Below, one piece after another: positions 17,994-27,250 of a stretch of DNA of 64,000 bases. The stretch spans positions 1 to 64,000 of the IMG/VR virus record IMGVR_UViG_3300001348_000010. One strand, given 5' to 3'. Position 1 is the stretch's first letter. Every line of letters starts with the position of its first letter. Source of the stretch: an uncultured virus (IMG/VR IMGVR_UViG_3300001348_000010). Its lineage: Duplodnaviria > Heunggongvirae > Uroviricota > Caudoviricetes. Under the pieces are notes generated by a model. That model ran no database searches and was not told the origin of the DNA. It saw only the letters and a list, made by a program, of their open reading frames with translations. The position numbers and the translations under genes are program-made.

Positions 17994-18770
17994 ATGAAAA
18001 GATTAATCTATCAAGTTTATGTTGGACCTAAATCTAACTTATATGATTGGTGTACTAATAGTGTAGAACAATATGCTAAAGATATAGGTGCCGATTATAT
18101 TCTACAGACAGTACCTAAGTTGTTTATTAAACCAGATCCCTTTACTACAAATCGTAGTGAGGGAGCATCTCGTTTAGGGTATCTTCCTATATATGAAAAA
18201 GAAAACGCCTTTGGTTACTTTGATGACTATGATCAGATTGCTATTATTGATAGTGATATTTTTATTCGTGATAAGTCACCTAATATCTTTAATGAGATAA
18301 AGCCAGATGATGATTTTGCTGGTGTTTATGAAAGAGAGATGCCAGTCACACAAAACTATTCTAACAAGATTCGTAACTATTCGCGTATGCAATATGGTGG
18401 AATGAATATGGACTTTGACTTTGAACACCCACACGGTGGTGCTTTTATGAATATGGGTATGATGGTAATGAACAAATCATTCCAAAAATATCTAAGAGGT
18501 ATGTCTCCAAAAGAATGGATCACACAACCTTTATGGAAAGACTTTGTTGATGGTAAGGGTACTTGGAAATGGTCTACAGATCAGACACTTCTAAATGCTT
18601 TTATTAAGATGGAAGGCATTAAAGTAACTCACTTATCATATAAATGGAATGCATTATTTACTGCAATACCTGATGATAGTTTAAGTGAAGCACACTTTAT
18701 ACATTTCTTCCTTAAGGATAAATTACCACAAAAAGGTGAGAATGTTGAGGAACTTATGAAGTATGTCTAA
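17994..18770 (+). CDS. GT-A fold glycosyltransferase (GT8/GT34-like)
   Basis: IIDSDIF DxD, MNMGMMV, DQTLLN, WNAL, FIHF. Confidence 0.75.
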   Translation: MKRLIYQVYVGPKSNLYDWCTNSVEQYAKDIGADYILQTVPKLFIKPDPFTTNRSEGASRLGYLPIYEKENAFGYFDDYDQIAIIDSDIFIRDKSPNIFNEIKPDDDFAGVYEREMPVTQNYSNKIRNYSRMQYGGMNMDFDFEHPHGGAFMNMGMMVMNKSFQKYLRGMSPKEWITQPLWKDFVDGKGTWKWSTDQTLLNAFIKMEGIKVTHLSYKWNALFTAIPDDSLSEAHFIHFFLKDKLPQKGENVEELMKYV

Positions 18771-19563
18771 AAATTTAATATATCAAGTATGGGCTGGAGA
18801 ACTAAGGTCTGCTTGTAAACATAGCTCTAAACTAATGAAAGAATACGCTGATAGAATTGGCGCTGATTATAGATTAGATATTGATCCTAATATAGCATCA
18901 TCTTTATGTAATGTACCAATGTACTTTGAATGGCTTAATCCAATTTTATGTAAATCATTTTTAGAATATGATAAAGTATTAGTAGTTGATTTAGATGTAT
19001 TTCCTACGCCAGATTGTCGCAATATATTTGAAGAGAATATTGGTGACGTTGGTATTTGTACTGAGCCATTTCAAGGTAAGTATAGAGCATCAACTGTAAT
19101 TGGTGGTTCTATCTGTGCTGCTAGTGACGAACAATGGGCACAACATTGTAAAAGAATTTACGGAATAGATTTACCTAGAGATGATGAAGGTTATCTTAAA
19201 GTATATAATGCTGGTATGGTATTATTTACTAAAGAAGGCATACTCAAGTGCAGAGAAAGATTTGTAGAATTCCAATCCTACATTAATACCATGAGAAGTT
19301 GTGGATTAGGTAGGTTCTATACTGTAGATCAGAATTATTTCCATGCTATGATGGTGGCACATTTAGACTATACCGAAATGGATAATGATTGGAATTGTTA
19401 TATACATTATGTAAGAGGACCTTTAGGTTTAACCACTCCTATACACGATGGTAGAGGCAATGACCCACAACTTGTACATATACAATTAAGTGGTGCTGAT
19501 TACTTTGAAGATGATATGATAGATAGAATAACAAATCAACCACAGGGAAGATGGAATCTATGA
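18763..19563 (+). CDS. GT-A fold glycosyltransferase (paralogue)
   Basis: YADRIGADY, VVDLDVF, YNAGMVL, DQNYF, WN. Confidence 0.75.
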   Translation: MSKNLIYQVWAGELRSACKHSSKLMKEYADRIGADYRLDIDPNIASSLCNVPMYFEWLNPILCKSFLEYDKVLVVDLDVFPTPDCRNIFEENIGDVGICTEPFQGKYRASTVIGGSICAASDEQWAQHCKRIYGIDLPRDDEGYLKVYNAGMVLFTKEGILKCRERFVEFQSYINTMRSCGLGRFYTVDQNYFHAMMVAHLDYTEMDNDWNCYIHYVRGPLGLTTPIHDGRGNDPQLVHIQLSGADYFEDDMIDRITNQPQGRWNL

Positions 19564-20267
19564 CTTTATGGGACGGATTTAAAGCTAATATTAAAAGAGA
19601 ATATGAAGAAAATCCTTTTAACTTTCTTTCTCAAAGAACATTTAGATTATGCTTATGTCCATATCAAAAAGATATAGCAATAAATTATTATAATGAAATG
19701 GGTAGTAATTGGTTACCTAGTGTAGTAGAACATAATTTTGGTAACCCTACTATCAGCCATATGAACAAAACTAGTGTAACTATTCAACAAATGTATTATA
19801 TGTACTTAATGAATAAGCACTGGGGTAAAAGTAGTTTTAATACAATACTTGAAATAGGTGGTGGTTATGGTAATGCTTGCCGTATCTATAAGAGTCAAGG
19901 TCATACTGGTACATATACTATAGCGGACTTTAAAGAACTACACAAAGTCCAACGTGCATATTTAGGGCGCACATCAAATACAACTAATGTTAATATGAAA
20001 TCATTACAAGATTGTTGGGGCACTACAGATTTACTTCAAGCAACTTTTAGTATGAATGAGATGCCTTTATCTGATAGAGTACATATTGAAAATAATATAA
20101 CCAACTATGATTATATCTTTATTGCACATAATCGTGTTTATGAGGGTATAGATAATATTGAATATTTTAAAAATATAGCAGAGAAACTAAAAGAAAAGTA
20201 TACAGTAAATCACTTTCCATGTCACATTTATAATAAAGCATGGTTTTTAATAGCATCAAGGAAATAA
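19551..20267 (+). CDS. Putative sugar O-methyltransferase
   Basis: ILEIGGGYG SAM motif; ATFSMNEMP. Confidence 0.7.
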   Translation: MESMTLWDGFKANIKREYEENPFNFLSQRTFRLCLCPYQKDIAINYYNEMGSNWLPSVVEHNFGNPTISHMNKTSVTIQQMYYMYLMNKHWGKSSFNTILEIGGGYGNACRIYKSQGHTGTYTIADFKELHKVQRAYLGRTSNTTNVNMKSLQDCWGTTDLLQATFSMNEMPLSDRVHIENNITNYDYIFIAHNRVYEGIDNIEYFKNIAEKLKEKYTVNHFPCHIYNKAWFLIASRK

Positions 20268-20268
20268 T

Positions 20269-20838
20269 ATGATAAATGTTGAACTAGGCCATGTGAAAGA
20301 TGTGGTAGAATTTTATAAAGATATTCGTGAAGGTCAAGAAGGTGAACATGGTGACGAATACTGCCAGCAACATGATGCAATTAAAAAGTTTGGTGCTGAG
20401 TGTGAATCATATCGTGAACTAGGTACACATCAGGGCGGCACTCTTGCTAATGCTCTATTATCTGGATTTACATATGTTGAAGGTGTTGATATTGATATGA
20501 GTAGGTATCATAGATTTCTAAAACCACACGCAGAAAGATATGCTAAAGAAAACGGAATACAGTTAAAGATTGTTCAAACTGATTCTATTGGTTTAGGTTC
20601 CATTGGTAAAGCTGTTGATATGCTTCTTATAGATTCGTTACATAAAGCATTTCATATGTCGCAAGAGCTACAACTACACGGTCCATCAACTAAAAAATAT
20701 ATTGTGGCTCATGATACTTGGTCTTGTCCAGAATTGCATAAGTGTTTAGANGATTTTTGTAAAGAATATCCAGAGTGGTCAGTCCATGAACGTGGTACAG
20801 TAAATGTAGGTTATACAGTACTCAAGAAAAATGCGTAA
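20269..20838 (+). CDS. Class I SAM-dependent methyltransferase
   Basis: ELGTHQGGT, GVDID, DMLLIDSLH, IVAHDT. Confidence 0.7.
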   Translation: MINVELGHVKDVVEFYKDIREGQEGEHGDEYCQQHDAIKKFGAECESYRELGTHQGGTLANALLSGFTYVEGVDIDMSRYHRFLKPHAERYAKENGIQLKIVQTDSIGLGSIGKAVDMLLIDSLHKAFHMSQELQLHGPSTKKYIVAHDTWSCPELHKCLXDFCKEYPEWSVHERGTVNVGYTVLKKNA

Positions 20839-21511
20839 TATAATACTACAACACTTTGATAAATTTGATAACTTGCGTGAGCTTGACAAGAAAAGTCAAA
20901 AGAATATCCAAGAATATGCTGTACAAATAGGTGCAGACTATGAGCTTGTGTTAGGCATGCCATTCCGTAAGCATCTAACAGCACCTTGTCAAAAGTTATA
21001 TATGATAGATGAACAGTATGATGATTATGATAATGTTCTAATGGTAGACATTGATATGTTTGTTCCAAAGAATATGAATAAGGATATATTTGAAGAACCT
21101 GGCATTGGTTTATATAATCCTATTCAACAAAGATTGCATAATAAGTTAGTAAGTCAACATCCATTTCAAGGATCAATGGATACTCCATACTGGGGTGGTG
21201 CTATCTATAAAATGGATAGAAAATTAAGACAAAAACTAAGAGCAGGTCTTGGTGGTAATGAGGGTTGGATGAATGCATATAACCAACCGTATCAGTGGGA
21301 AGATGAAGGTATATTTCATACACTTGCTTTTAAAACAGGTGTAAGAATAAGTCAAGATCAAATGTTACACCCTAAATGGTGCTATGATAACTACTTAGAA
21401 TATCCACAATATGCTGGTATGATACATATTCGCACTAAAATTACACCACAAGGACCTAAACAAGAAAAGATTAAAAATTATCAAGCATTGGTTGATAAAG
21501 GAATTTTATAA
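20831..21511 (+). CDS. GT-A fold glycosyltransferase (paralogue)
   Basis: YAVQIGADYEL, MVDIDMF, EDEG. Confidence 0.7.
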   Translation: MRNIILQHFDKFDNLRELDKKSQKNIQEYAVQIGADYELVLGMPFRKHLTAPCQKLYMIDEQYDDYDNVLMVDIDMFVPKNMNKDIFEEPGIGLYNPIQQRLHNKLVSQHPFQGSMDTPYWGGAIYKMDRKLRQKLRAGLGGNEGWMNAYNQPYQWEDEGIFHTLAFKTGVRISQDQMLHPKWCYDNYLEYPQYAGMIHIRTKITPQGPKQEKIKNYQALVDKGIL

Positions 21512-22206
21512 TGGACGCATATGTTATCACTATAGGCGGTAATGCTATATCTGAAGACGCCGCTCGAGTTTGTATTGAATCATCATGGGATATAAAGAAT
21601 GATTTTTCTGTTAAAAAGTTTTGGGCTACAACACCAGATATGGCAGAGAAAACTTTAAAAGATTATAAACTAAAATGGAACTGGCCTTGGGAAGGTGAAT
21701 TGCATGATATGGCTTCTGGTTTAAAAAAGTCTGCATATCAAACTGCTGATAGATTGGCACGTGTAGGTTGTTCTCTGAGTCACTTTAGACTATGGTATCT
21801 ATGTTCTACAAGAAATGAACCTATTATAGTTCTTGAACACGATGCTATATTTAAACATAAACTTGATCCAGATAAGTATTTGAATAGAGGTTATGATATC
21901 ATTGGTCTAAACTCACCGCTGGGTGCGACCCGTAAAGCACAAGTATTTCATAACACTATTCAGAGTAGTAAAAATGATTTACAATCTTGCCCCGTTATTG
22001 ATAATACATTCATACCTCAAGGCATTGCTGGAAATAGTGCATATATACTTACACCAGATGGAGCTGAAGCTCTTATGAAAGCATCATACAAATTTGGACT
22101 ATGGCCTAATGATGCAATTATGTGTCGGCAGATTATATCTAACCTTGGTGTAACAAAGAAATACTATACTGATATTCAACGTACTAGGAGTACAACTACA
22201 TTATGA
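21511..22206 (+). CDS. GT25-family glycosyltransferase
   Basis: AYVIT, GCSLSHFRLW, IIVLEHDA, AYILTPDGA. Confidence 0.8.
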   Translation: MDAYVITIGGNAISEDAARVCIESSWDIKNDFSVKKFWATTPDMAEKTLKDYKLKWNWPWEGELHDMASGLKKSAYQTADRLARVGCSLSHFRLWYLCSTRNEPIIVLEHDAIFKHKLDPDKYLNRGYDIIGLNSPLGATRKAQVFHNTIQSSKNDLQSCPVIDNTFIPQGIAGNSAYILTPDGAEALMKASYKFGLWPNDAIMCRQIISNLGVTKKYYTDIQRTRSTTTL

Positions 22207-22844
22207 GAGCATTTGTTATTACTATAAAAGACAATCCAAAATCTGTGGAGATGTCTAATAGATGTATAGAGTCATATAAAAAACATTGCAATAATAATAT
22301 AGAACAGTTTAATGCTATTACACCAGAGCAAGATCCGTTTTCTTTGGCTGAGTCTTATAAGATACCTTTACATAATTTCCGTGAAAAGTATTCTCGTTAT
22401 GATAGAGTCATTTCTGCTTTTCTATCACACTTTTCATTGTGGAAGAAATGTATTGAATTAAATGAATCAATTATTATATTTGAACATGATGCTGTAGTAA
22501 CAAATAAAATTCCAGTTTTACCTTTTAATGGATTGGTTAATATAGGAGCACCAAGTTACGGTAGATTTAAAACACCAACACTAGGTCTAGGTAAACTAAT
22601 ATCAAAACAATATCTACCTGGTGCTCACGCATATGGTATTACACCAAAAGGTGCTCAAGCTATAATAGATCAGACTGTATTTAATGCTGGACCAACTGAT
22701 GTGTTTCTTAATACTAGATTATTTCCTTGGTTAGAAGAATATTACCCATGGCCAGTAGAATGTAAAGATGAATTTACTACAATACAGAATGAGACTGGGT
22801 GTCTTGCTAAACATAATTGGGGGCAAGATTATGGCATCATATGA
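22203..22844 (+). CDS. GT25-family glycosyltransferase (paralogue)
   Basis: AFVIT, FLSHFSLW, IIIFEHDA, AYGITPKGA. Confidence 0.8.
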   Translation: MRAFVITIKDNPKSVEMSNRCIESYKKHCNNNIEQFNAITPEQDPFSLAESYKIPLHNFREKYSRYDRVISAFLSHFSLWKKCIELNESIIIFEHDAVVTNKIPVLPFNGLVNIGAPSYGRFKTPTLGLGKLISKQYLPGAHAYGITPKGAQAIIDQTVFNAGPTDVFLNTRLFPWLEEYYPWPVECKDEFTTIQNETGCLAKHNWGQDYGII

Positions 22845-23451
22845 TAAACTATACATTACTGGTGCTGATAAGAATAGTGATTGGTTATTACCTTGGTTTG
22901 AAGATAACTTTAATAAGCATAATCCAGATGCTCAACTTGCAGTATATGAGTTTGATACCTTTGCGCCAGAACTAAAAGGTTGGTTTAAAAAGCCAGCTGC
23001 ATTAATGGATGCCGCAAAGATGGCAGATCAAATTGTTTGGTTGGATACAGATTGTGAGATAAGAGGAAACCTAGATGGAATCTTTAAACACATACAGCCT
23101 AATAAACTAACTATGGCAATAGATCGACCGTGGACTACACGCCGAGGTGATCGTGGCACATGGTATAATTCTGGAGTTATAGGTTTTCAAGGTATCCCAC
23201 CGGTACTTAATGAATGGGCTAGATATATAAAAGAAGGATTAACAAATGAAGTTGGTGATCAAGAAGTTTTAAATTGGATGTTAGGTGGGGATCCTCTTAG
23301 AGAACTTACTCATATGAATACACTTCCATCAATATACAATTTTTTAAGACTAGATATACAAGACAAGTACCCGAATTTTGATAAAGCTAAAGTTGTACAC
23401 TGGACTGGCAATAAGGGTAAAGAAGTTATAAAAGAGATGATGAATGACTAA
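22831..23451 (+). CDS. GT-A fold glycosyltransferase (GT8-like)
   Basis: GWFKKP, WLDTD, NSGVI, GDQEVL, HWTG..GK. Confidence 0.75.
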   Translation: MASYDKLYITGADKNSDWLLPWFEDNFNKHNPDAQLAVYEFDTFAPELKGWFKKPAALMDAAKMADQIVWLDTDCEIRGNLDGIFKHIQPNKLTMAIDRPWTTRRGDRGTWYNSGVIGFQGIPPVLNEWARYIKEGLTNEVGDQEVLNWMLGGDPLRELTHMNTLPSIYNFLRLDIQDKYPNFDKAKVVHWTGNKGKEVIKEMMND

Positions 23452-24040
23452 TAATGTACATATAATAGGTAACGGCAAATCTGCGGGGTATTTTAATGCA
23501 AATGCAGAAGGTATAAGAATTACTTGCAATCTTCCTCCTATGGCTGTAGATAATGTATTTGCAACTTGCATGGTAGATTTTAAAATGATGAGAGCCATTC
23601 AAGAAGGTAGTGTAGATGTTCCTGGCCATTGGATATTAGGTAATAGACCAAAGATCCATATGCAGAAAAATCCTAGTTTTTATATGAAACATTCTAGTCA
23701 GATCAGAGGTTTCTACCTAGATGTTCCTAAATATGCTTCTAATGCCACAGACTTTAATTGTGGCCATCTCGCAACTCACTACGGTGTGTCAAGATTTAAA
23801 CCAAAAGAATGCCATATGTATGGCTTTAACTCTATGTTTGATTTTGATATGACTAGCTGTACAGATTTTTACTTAGAATCAGATCGTAGTGATAGTAATA
23901 ATAATAGACTTGCTAATAACTGGAGAGGTATATGGCCTCAGATGTTTAAAGAATTCTCAGATACACAGTTCCATGTCTATCATAAACATGATAACATTAA
24001 GATGAAATTACCAAAAAATGTTAAAATAGTTACGCCTTAA
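23444..24040 (+). CDS. Rossmann-like hypothetical protein (GT29/Maf-like start)
   Basis: VHIIGNGKS, TCN, VD, MYGF. Confidence 0.5.
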   Translation: MTNNVHIIGNGKSAGYFNANAEGIRITCNLPPMAVDNVFATCMVDFKMMRAIQEGSVDVPGHWILGNRPKIHMQKNPSFYMKHSSQIRGFYLDVPKYASNATDFNCGHLATHYGVSRFKPKECHMYGFNSMFDFDMTSCTDFYLESDRSDSNNNRLANNWRGIWPQMFKEFSDTQFHVYHKHDNIKMKLPKNVKIVTP

Positions 24041-24043
24041 CAC

Positions 24044-24072
24044 TTTACATTAGTAGAATTATGGTTTATAAT
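24044..24072 (+). promoter_or_regulatory. Sigma70-type early promoter
   Basis: TTTACA-N17-TATAAT. Confidence 0.7.
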
Positions 24073-24106
24073 AAATATTCTACTAGGTAAAGAAAAGGAT
24101 CTTGCT

Positions 24107-24421
24107 ATGATAGATCAAAATAAAAAGAAACACAGTCTTTCTGAAATAGAAAAGATGTTTATGGATACTATTGATAAGAATTCAAATATGTTAATTCCAT
24201 GGTATCTAATGGCTTCATATGCTTACTATGTAGAAGATGAACCAATACTTGAAGATGTTATGTTTGATAGACTTGCTAAAAAGTTATTAAAAGTCTTTGA
24301 TGATGTAGAACATGTTCATAAAGAATTACTAACAAAAGATATGCTAGAAGCTGGTACATATCTTGGTGAATATCCATCACTTGTTCAAGGTGCTGTAAGA
24401 GATATAAGGTTCAAAAAATAA
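24107..24421 (+). CDS. Stand-alone NAD-dependent DNA ligase domain Ia-like protein
   Basis: SYAYYVEDEPILEDVMFDRL resembles the LigA Ia motif YxYYxxDxPxIxDxxYDxL. Confidence 0.6.
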   Translation: MIDQNKKKHSLSEIEKMFMDTIDKNSNMLIPWYLMASYAYYVEDEPILEDVMFDRLAKKLLKVFDDVEHVHKELLTKDMLEAGTYLGEYPSLVQGAVRDIRFKK

Positions 24422-24473
24422 ATTAAAAAAAGTAAAGAAAACACTTTACATCTTAATTAAAATGTGTTATTAT
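24413..24473 (+). promoter_or_regulatory. Early promoter with repeated A-rich UP element
   Basis: 39 nt identical to 38539-38577; TTTACA(24445)-N17-TATTAT. Confidence 0.75.
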
Positions 24474-24496
24474 TGTTATATCAAATGGAGATAATT

Positions 24497-24649
24497 ATGA
24501 ACAGTCAAGATATGAATTATGTTGTTAGTAAAACAAAATTAGATAATTTAAAAAAAGCATTACTTGACTGTAAAGTTGAATATATGATTACTAGGCATGA
24601 AGGTGTAGTAGTACACATAAATGCTTGGGTTGGTGAAGAAATTTGTTAA
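24497..24649 (+). CDS. Early hypothetical protein
   Basis: GGAG RBS downstream of promoter. Confidence 0.55.
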   Translation: MNSQDMNYVVSKTKLDNLKKALLDCKVEYMITRHEGVVVHINAWVGEEIC

Positions 24650-24659
24650 AGGAGTTATT

Positions 24660-25121
24660 ATGAAGAATATATTATTAATTACAGCAATGGCTATGTCATC
24701 AAGTGCGGCATTAGCAGAAAATGTAAATGCAGTAGTTGCTGATCGTTATAAGATCATAGTTGAGGTTGAGCCTTACACTAAGAAAGAATGTGTAACAGTC
24801 AATGTCCCTGTCTATGGAAATACTACACAACAAGGTGATGCCGCTGGTGGTGCTTTGTTAGGTATGATCATAGGTGGTCTTATTGGTAAAGGTGTTACCG
24901 GAGATGATGGTGGTGCTGCCGCTGGTGCTGTATTTGGTGGTTTAGTAGGAGCCGATAAAGGTGCTCAGCCTAAATCAAAACAAACTGTAATTGGTCACAA
25001 GCAAGAAAATAGATGTGATAATGTCACATACTATAAAGATGTTGAGCGCACAGTTTATGATTATTCTATCATTACTTGGACACAAAATGGTGTAACATAT
25101 TCTGAAACTTATACTAAGTAA
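24660..25121 (+). CDS. Exported glycine-zipper protein (YcfJ-like)
   Basis: Signal peptide; GALLGMIIGGLIG...GAAAGAVFGGLVG; paired Cys. Confidence 0.75.
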   Translation: MKNILLITAMAMSSSAALAENVNAVVADRYKIIVEVEPYTKKECVTVNVPVYGNTTQQGDAAGGALLGMIIGGLIGKGVTGDDGGAAAGAVFGGLVGADKGAQPKSKQTVIGHKQENRCDNVTYYKDVERTVYDYSIITWTQNGVTYSETYTK

Positions 25122-25130
25122 GGTTATATT

Positions 25131-25292
25131 ATGGAAACAAAATTTGAATCAATTGCTCGTAGAATTAAAGATGCCGAAGAAGCAGACAATGCTAACTCAA
25201 CATCTTGGATAAAAGCTGGCAAAGAAACTATGCGAGTTGCTAAAGAAATTCGTGAAGAACATTTTAAAAGAGAAGGTATTAAAGTCTCTTAA
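25131..25292 (+). CDS. Hypothetical protein (53 aa)
   Basis: METKFESIARRIKDAEEAD...; AAGG RBS. Confidence 0.5.
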   Translation: METKFESIARRIKDAEEADNANSTSWIKAGKETMRVAKEIREEHFKREGIKVS

Positions 25293-25300
25293 AAATAACA

Positions 25301-25377
25301 CAGGGTGTAGCTCAGTCTGGTAGAGTGCTACACTTGGAATGTAGAAGTCGTTGGTTCGAGTCCAGCCACCCTGACCA
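25301..25377 (+). tRNA. tRNA-Pro (TGG)
   Basis: Cloverleaf: acceptor CAGGGTG/CACCCTG, D-arm TAGCTCAGTCTGGTAGAG, anticodon arm CTACA-CTTGGAA-TGTAG, T-loop GTTCGAG, encoded CCA. Confidence 0.95.
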
Positions 25378-25395
25378 AATTAGGAAAGATATATT

Positions 25396-25686
25396 ATGAC
25401 AAGTTTTATTATGGATTGGTGGAATGTGATAATGGATAGTGAAAAGAATCCATTGTCCAATATCAAAGATTTAAGAGTACGTCACTTGGTTATGCAAATT
25501 CTTGCATGGATGTGGTGTATAATATTTACTGCAATAACAGGTACATGGATGTATCTGGGCGTGAACATATTGTTACATGCTTTACTGCTTTGTGGGATAT
25601 TCGTAACAGTATCAGTATTNGAAGCTGCTAAACGTAAGCCTCAAATCTTTTACACAATGCGTGGGGATGGGGGAGAACATGAGTAA
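25396..25686 (+). CDS. Two-TM membrane protein
   Basis: NPLSNI.D..VRHLVMQILAWMWCIIF; two hydrophobic segments. Confidence 0.65.
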   Translation: MTSFIMDWWNVIMDSEKNPLSNIKDLRVRHLVMQILAWMWCIIFTAITGTWMYLGVNILLHALLLCGIFVTVSVXEAAKRKPQIFYTMRGDGGEHE

Positions 25687-25813
25687 TCAAGAACATGATA
25701 ACAAAGGCGCTTTAGGGGCAGTTGCTATCATCGCATTTATGATGGTGGGTTTACCTATCATTATAGGTACATCAATGGGTTGGTTTAATTTATTTGGGAT
25801 ATTAGGGCTATGA
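25679..25813 (+). CDS. Small membrane protein (44 aa)
   Basis: MSNQEHDNKGALGAVAIIAFMMVGLPIIIGTSMGWFNLFGILGL*; GGGGAG RBS. Confidence 0.55.
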   Translation: MSNQEHDNKGALGAVAIIAFMMVGLPIIIGTSMGWFNLFGILGL

Positions 25814-25875
25814 ATAATATAATATTTGCAATCCTTGTTGGGCTTTTACTAGCAATAATTGTGCAAGGATATTAA
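25810..25875 (+). CDS. Possible 21-aa hydrophobic peptide
   Basis: MNNIIFAILVGLLLAIIVQGY*; ATGA overlap. Confidence 0.35.
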   Translation: MNNIIFAILVGLLLAIIVQGY

Positions 25876-25879
25876 CCAA

Positions 25880-26110
25880 ATGACTAAAGAGTTCAATTGG
25901 CCTAGAATACATAAGTATGAAGAAAACTTTGAACGTGATATTATAGACAGTGTTTATGGATATATATTTCAGTATTATGGTATTGAAGAAATCAAACAAC
26001 TTACTAAAGAACAAATTTCACAAATTGAAGAGTTTAAAAGTGAGCTGAACGAATATAGTGTATTACAAATAGGTTTTAGTGATTTACTAATGCAATGTGA
26101 GGATTTATAA
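25880..26110 (+). CDS. Acidic hypothetical protein
   Basis: AAGGA RBS; 76 aa. Confidence 0.55.
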   Translation: MTKEFNWPRIHKYEENFERDIIDSVYGYIFQYYGIEEIKQLTKEQISQIEEFKSELNEYSVLQIGFSDLLMQCEDL

Positions 26111-26298
26111 TGTGGGTACTTGTCTTTATATATTTTTATGAAACAGTGGCATACGTGGAAAAAGTAACTGTTACCGATACAATGGATAATTGTTTTCAAG
26201 CAAGAGATGCGCTTAGTGAATACCATGGTAAAGGTGGTGGTTATTTTAATACAGGTACGCAAGCACTTTGTATCGAAATAAAAGGAAATAATGTATAA
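26110..26298 (+). CDS. Small exported hypothetical protein
   Basis: MWVLVFI start; C..AR..L...QALC. Confidence 0.6.
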   Translation: MWVLVFIYFYETVAYVEKVTVTDTMDNCFQARDALSEYHGKGGGYFNTGTQALCIEIKGNNV

Positions 26299-26304
26299 TA
26301 ATAC

Positions 26305-26333
26305 TTTACATCTGTTTTAATATGTGCTATAAT
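26305..26333 (+). promoter_or_regulatory. Sigma70-type early promoter
   Basis: TTTACA-N17-TATAAT followed by the shared TATAGAAACAA leader. Confidence 0.75.
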
Positions 26334-26368
26334 ACATATAGAAACAATAAATAAATAAGGATTATATT

Positions 26369-26974
26369 ATGAATACATTAAATGAAAAAATTATATTAAC
26401 AGACTGCGATGGCGTCTTAGTAGATTGGCTATACTCATTCGGTAGATGGATGAAAGAAGAACATGGAATCAGTGGTGTGAGCCCTGATGAATATGATCTT
26501 GGTAAGGCAATGGGAATGTCTGCACCTGAAGCTAAGAAGTATGTTGAGACATTCAACTTATCTTCAGCAATTGGTTATATGAAACCAGAACGTGATGCAA
26601 TTAAATATGTACGCAAGTTACATGAAGAGCATGGATATGTTTTCCATTGTATCACAAGTATGAATACTAACGAGTCTGCATATAAAGCTCGTAAGTATAA
26701 TCTCGATCAACTATTTGGTCCAACAGCATTTGAAAGTTTAGTATCTCTACCATGTGGTGCAGATAAAGATGATGCTTTGTTAAAGTACAAAGATAGTGGA
26801 TGTTGGTGGATCGAAGATAAACCAGAGAATGTTATCACTGGTTCTAATATGGGTCTTAATTGTATTATGATCGAACACCCTTTCAATAGAGATCGTGAAG
26901 ATGCAAAATCTGTATCTAAAACAGCTAAAAACTGGAAAGAAATCTATAAATACATTACAGAAGGTTATATATAG
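26369..26974 (+). CDS. HAD-family phosphatase (5'-deoxyribonucleotidase-like)
   Basis: DCDGVL motif I, ITS, K, IEDKPEN. Confidence 0.8.
   Translation: MNTLNEKIILTDCDGVLVDWLYSFGRWMKEEHGISGVSPDEYDLGKAMGMSAPEAKKYVETFNLSSAIGYMKPERDAIKYVRKLHEEHGYVFHCITSMNTNESAYKARKYNLDQLFGPTAFESLVSLPCGADKDDALLKYKDSGCWWIEDKPENVITGSNMGLNCIMIEHPFNRDREDAKSVSKTAKNWKEIYKYITEGYI
26945..26952 (+). promoter_or_regulatory. T4-type late promoter upstream of the oxygenase island
   Basis: TATAAATA. Confidence 0.6.
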
Positions 26975-26983
26975 GAAAAAACC

Positions 26984-27244
26984 ATGAGTGATATATTTGA
27001 TTTCGGCTTTACTGCAGTTACTGAGGATGAACTAGAATATTCTCAGAAGGCTGTAGCTAAAGCAACTCAAGCAGTTGATGAAGCTAATTCTGTACAAGAA
27101 AGATTAGACGATCTTTATAACTCAGTCATACCACTTCTTACTAATCTAAAAAAGAATCCAGAGAAAGATTACATTCTCTGGCCAAATCGTTTGGATAAAG
27201 TAGAAGAATTTGAAACAATGATTACTAAAATCTATAAAGGTTAA
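26984..27244 (+). CDS. Conserved T4-like hypothetical protein
   Basis: FDFGFTAV.EDEL...PLL.NLKKNPEKDYILWPNR. Confidence 0.7.
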   Translation: MSDIFDFGFTAVTEDELEYSQKAVAKATQAVDEANSVQERLDDLYNSVIPLLTNLKKNPEKDYILWPNRLDKVEEFETMITKIYKG

Positions 27245-27250
27245 ATAGTA

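Noticed and set aside
25679..25813. PufX-like photosynthesis peptide
   Set aside because: Resemblance limited to KGA plus a hydrophobic helix; no supporting context
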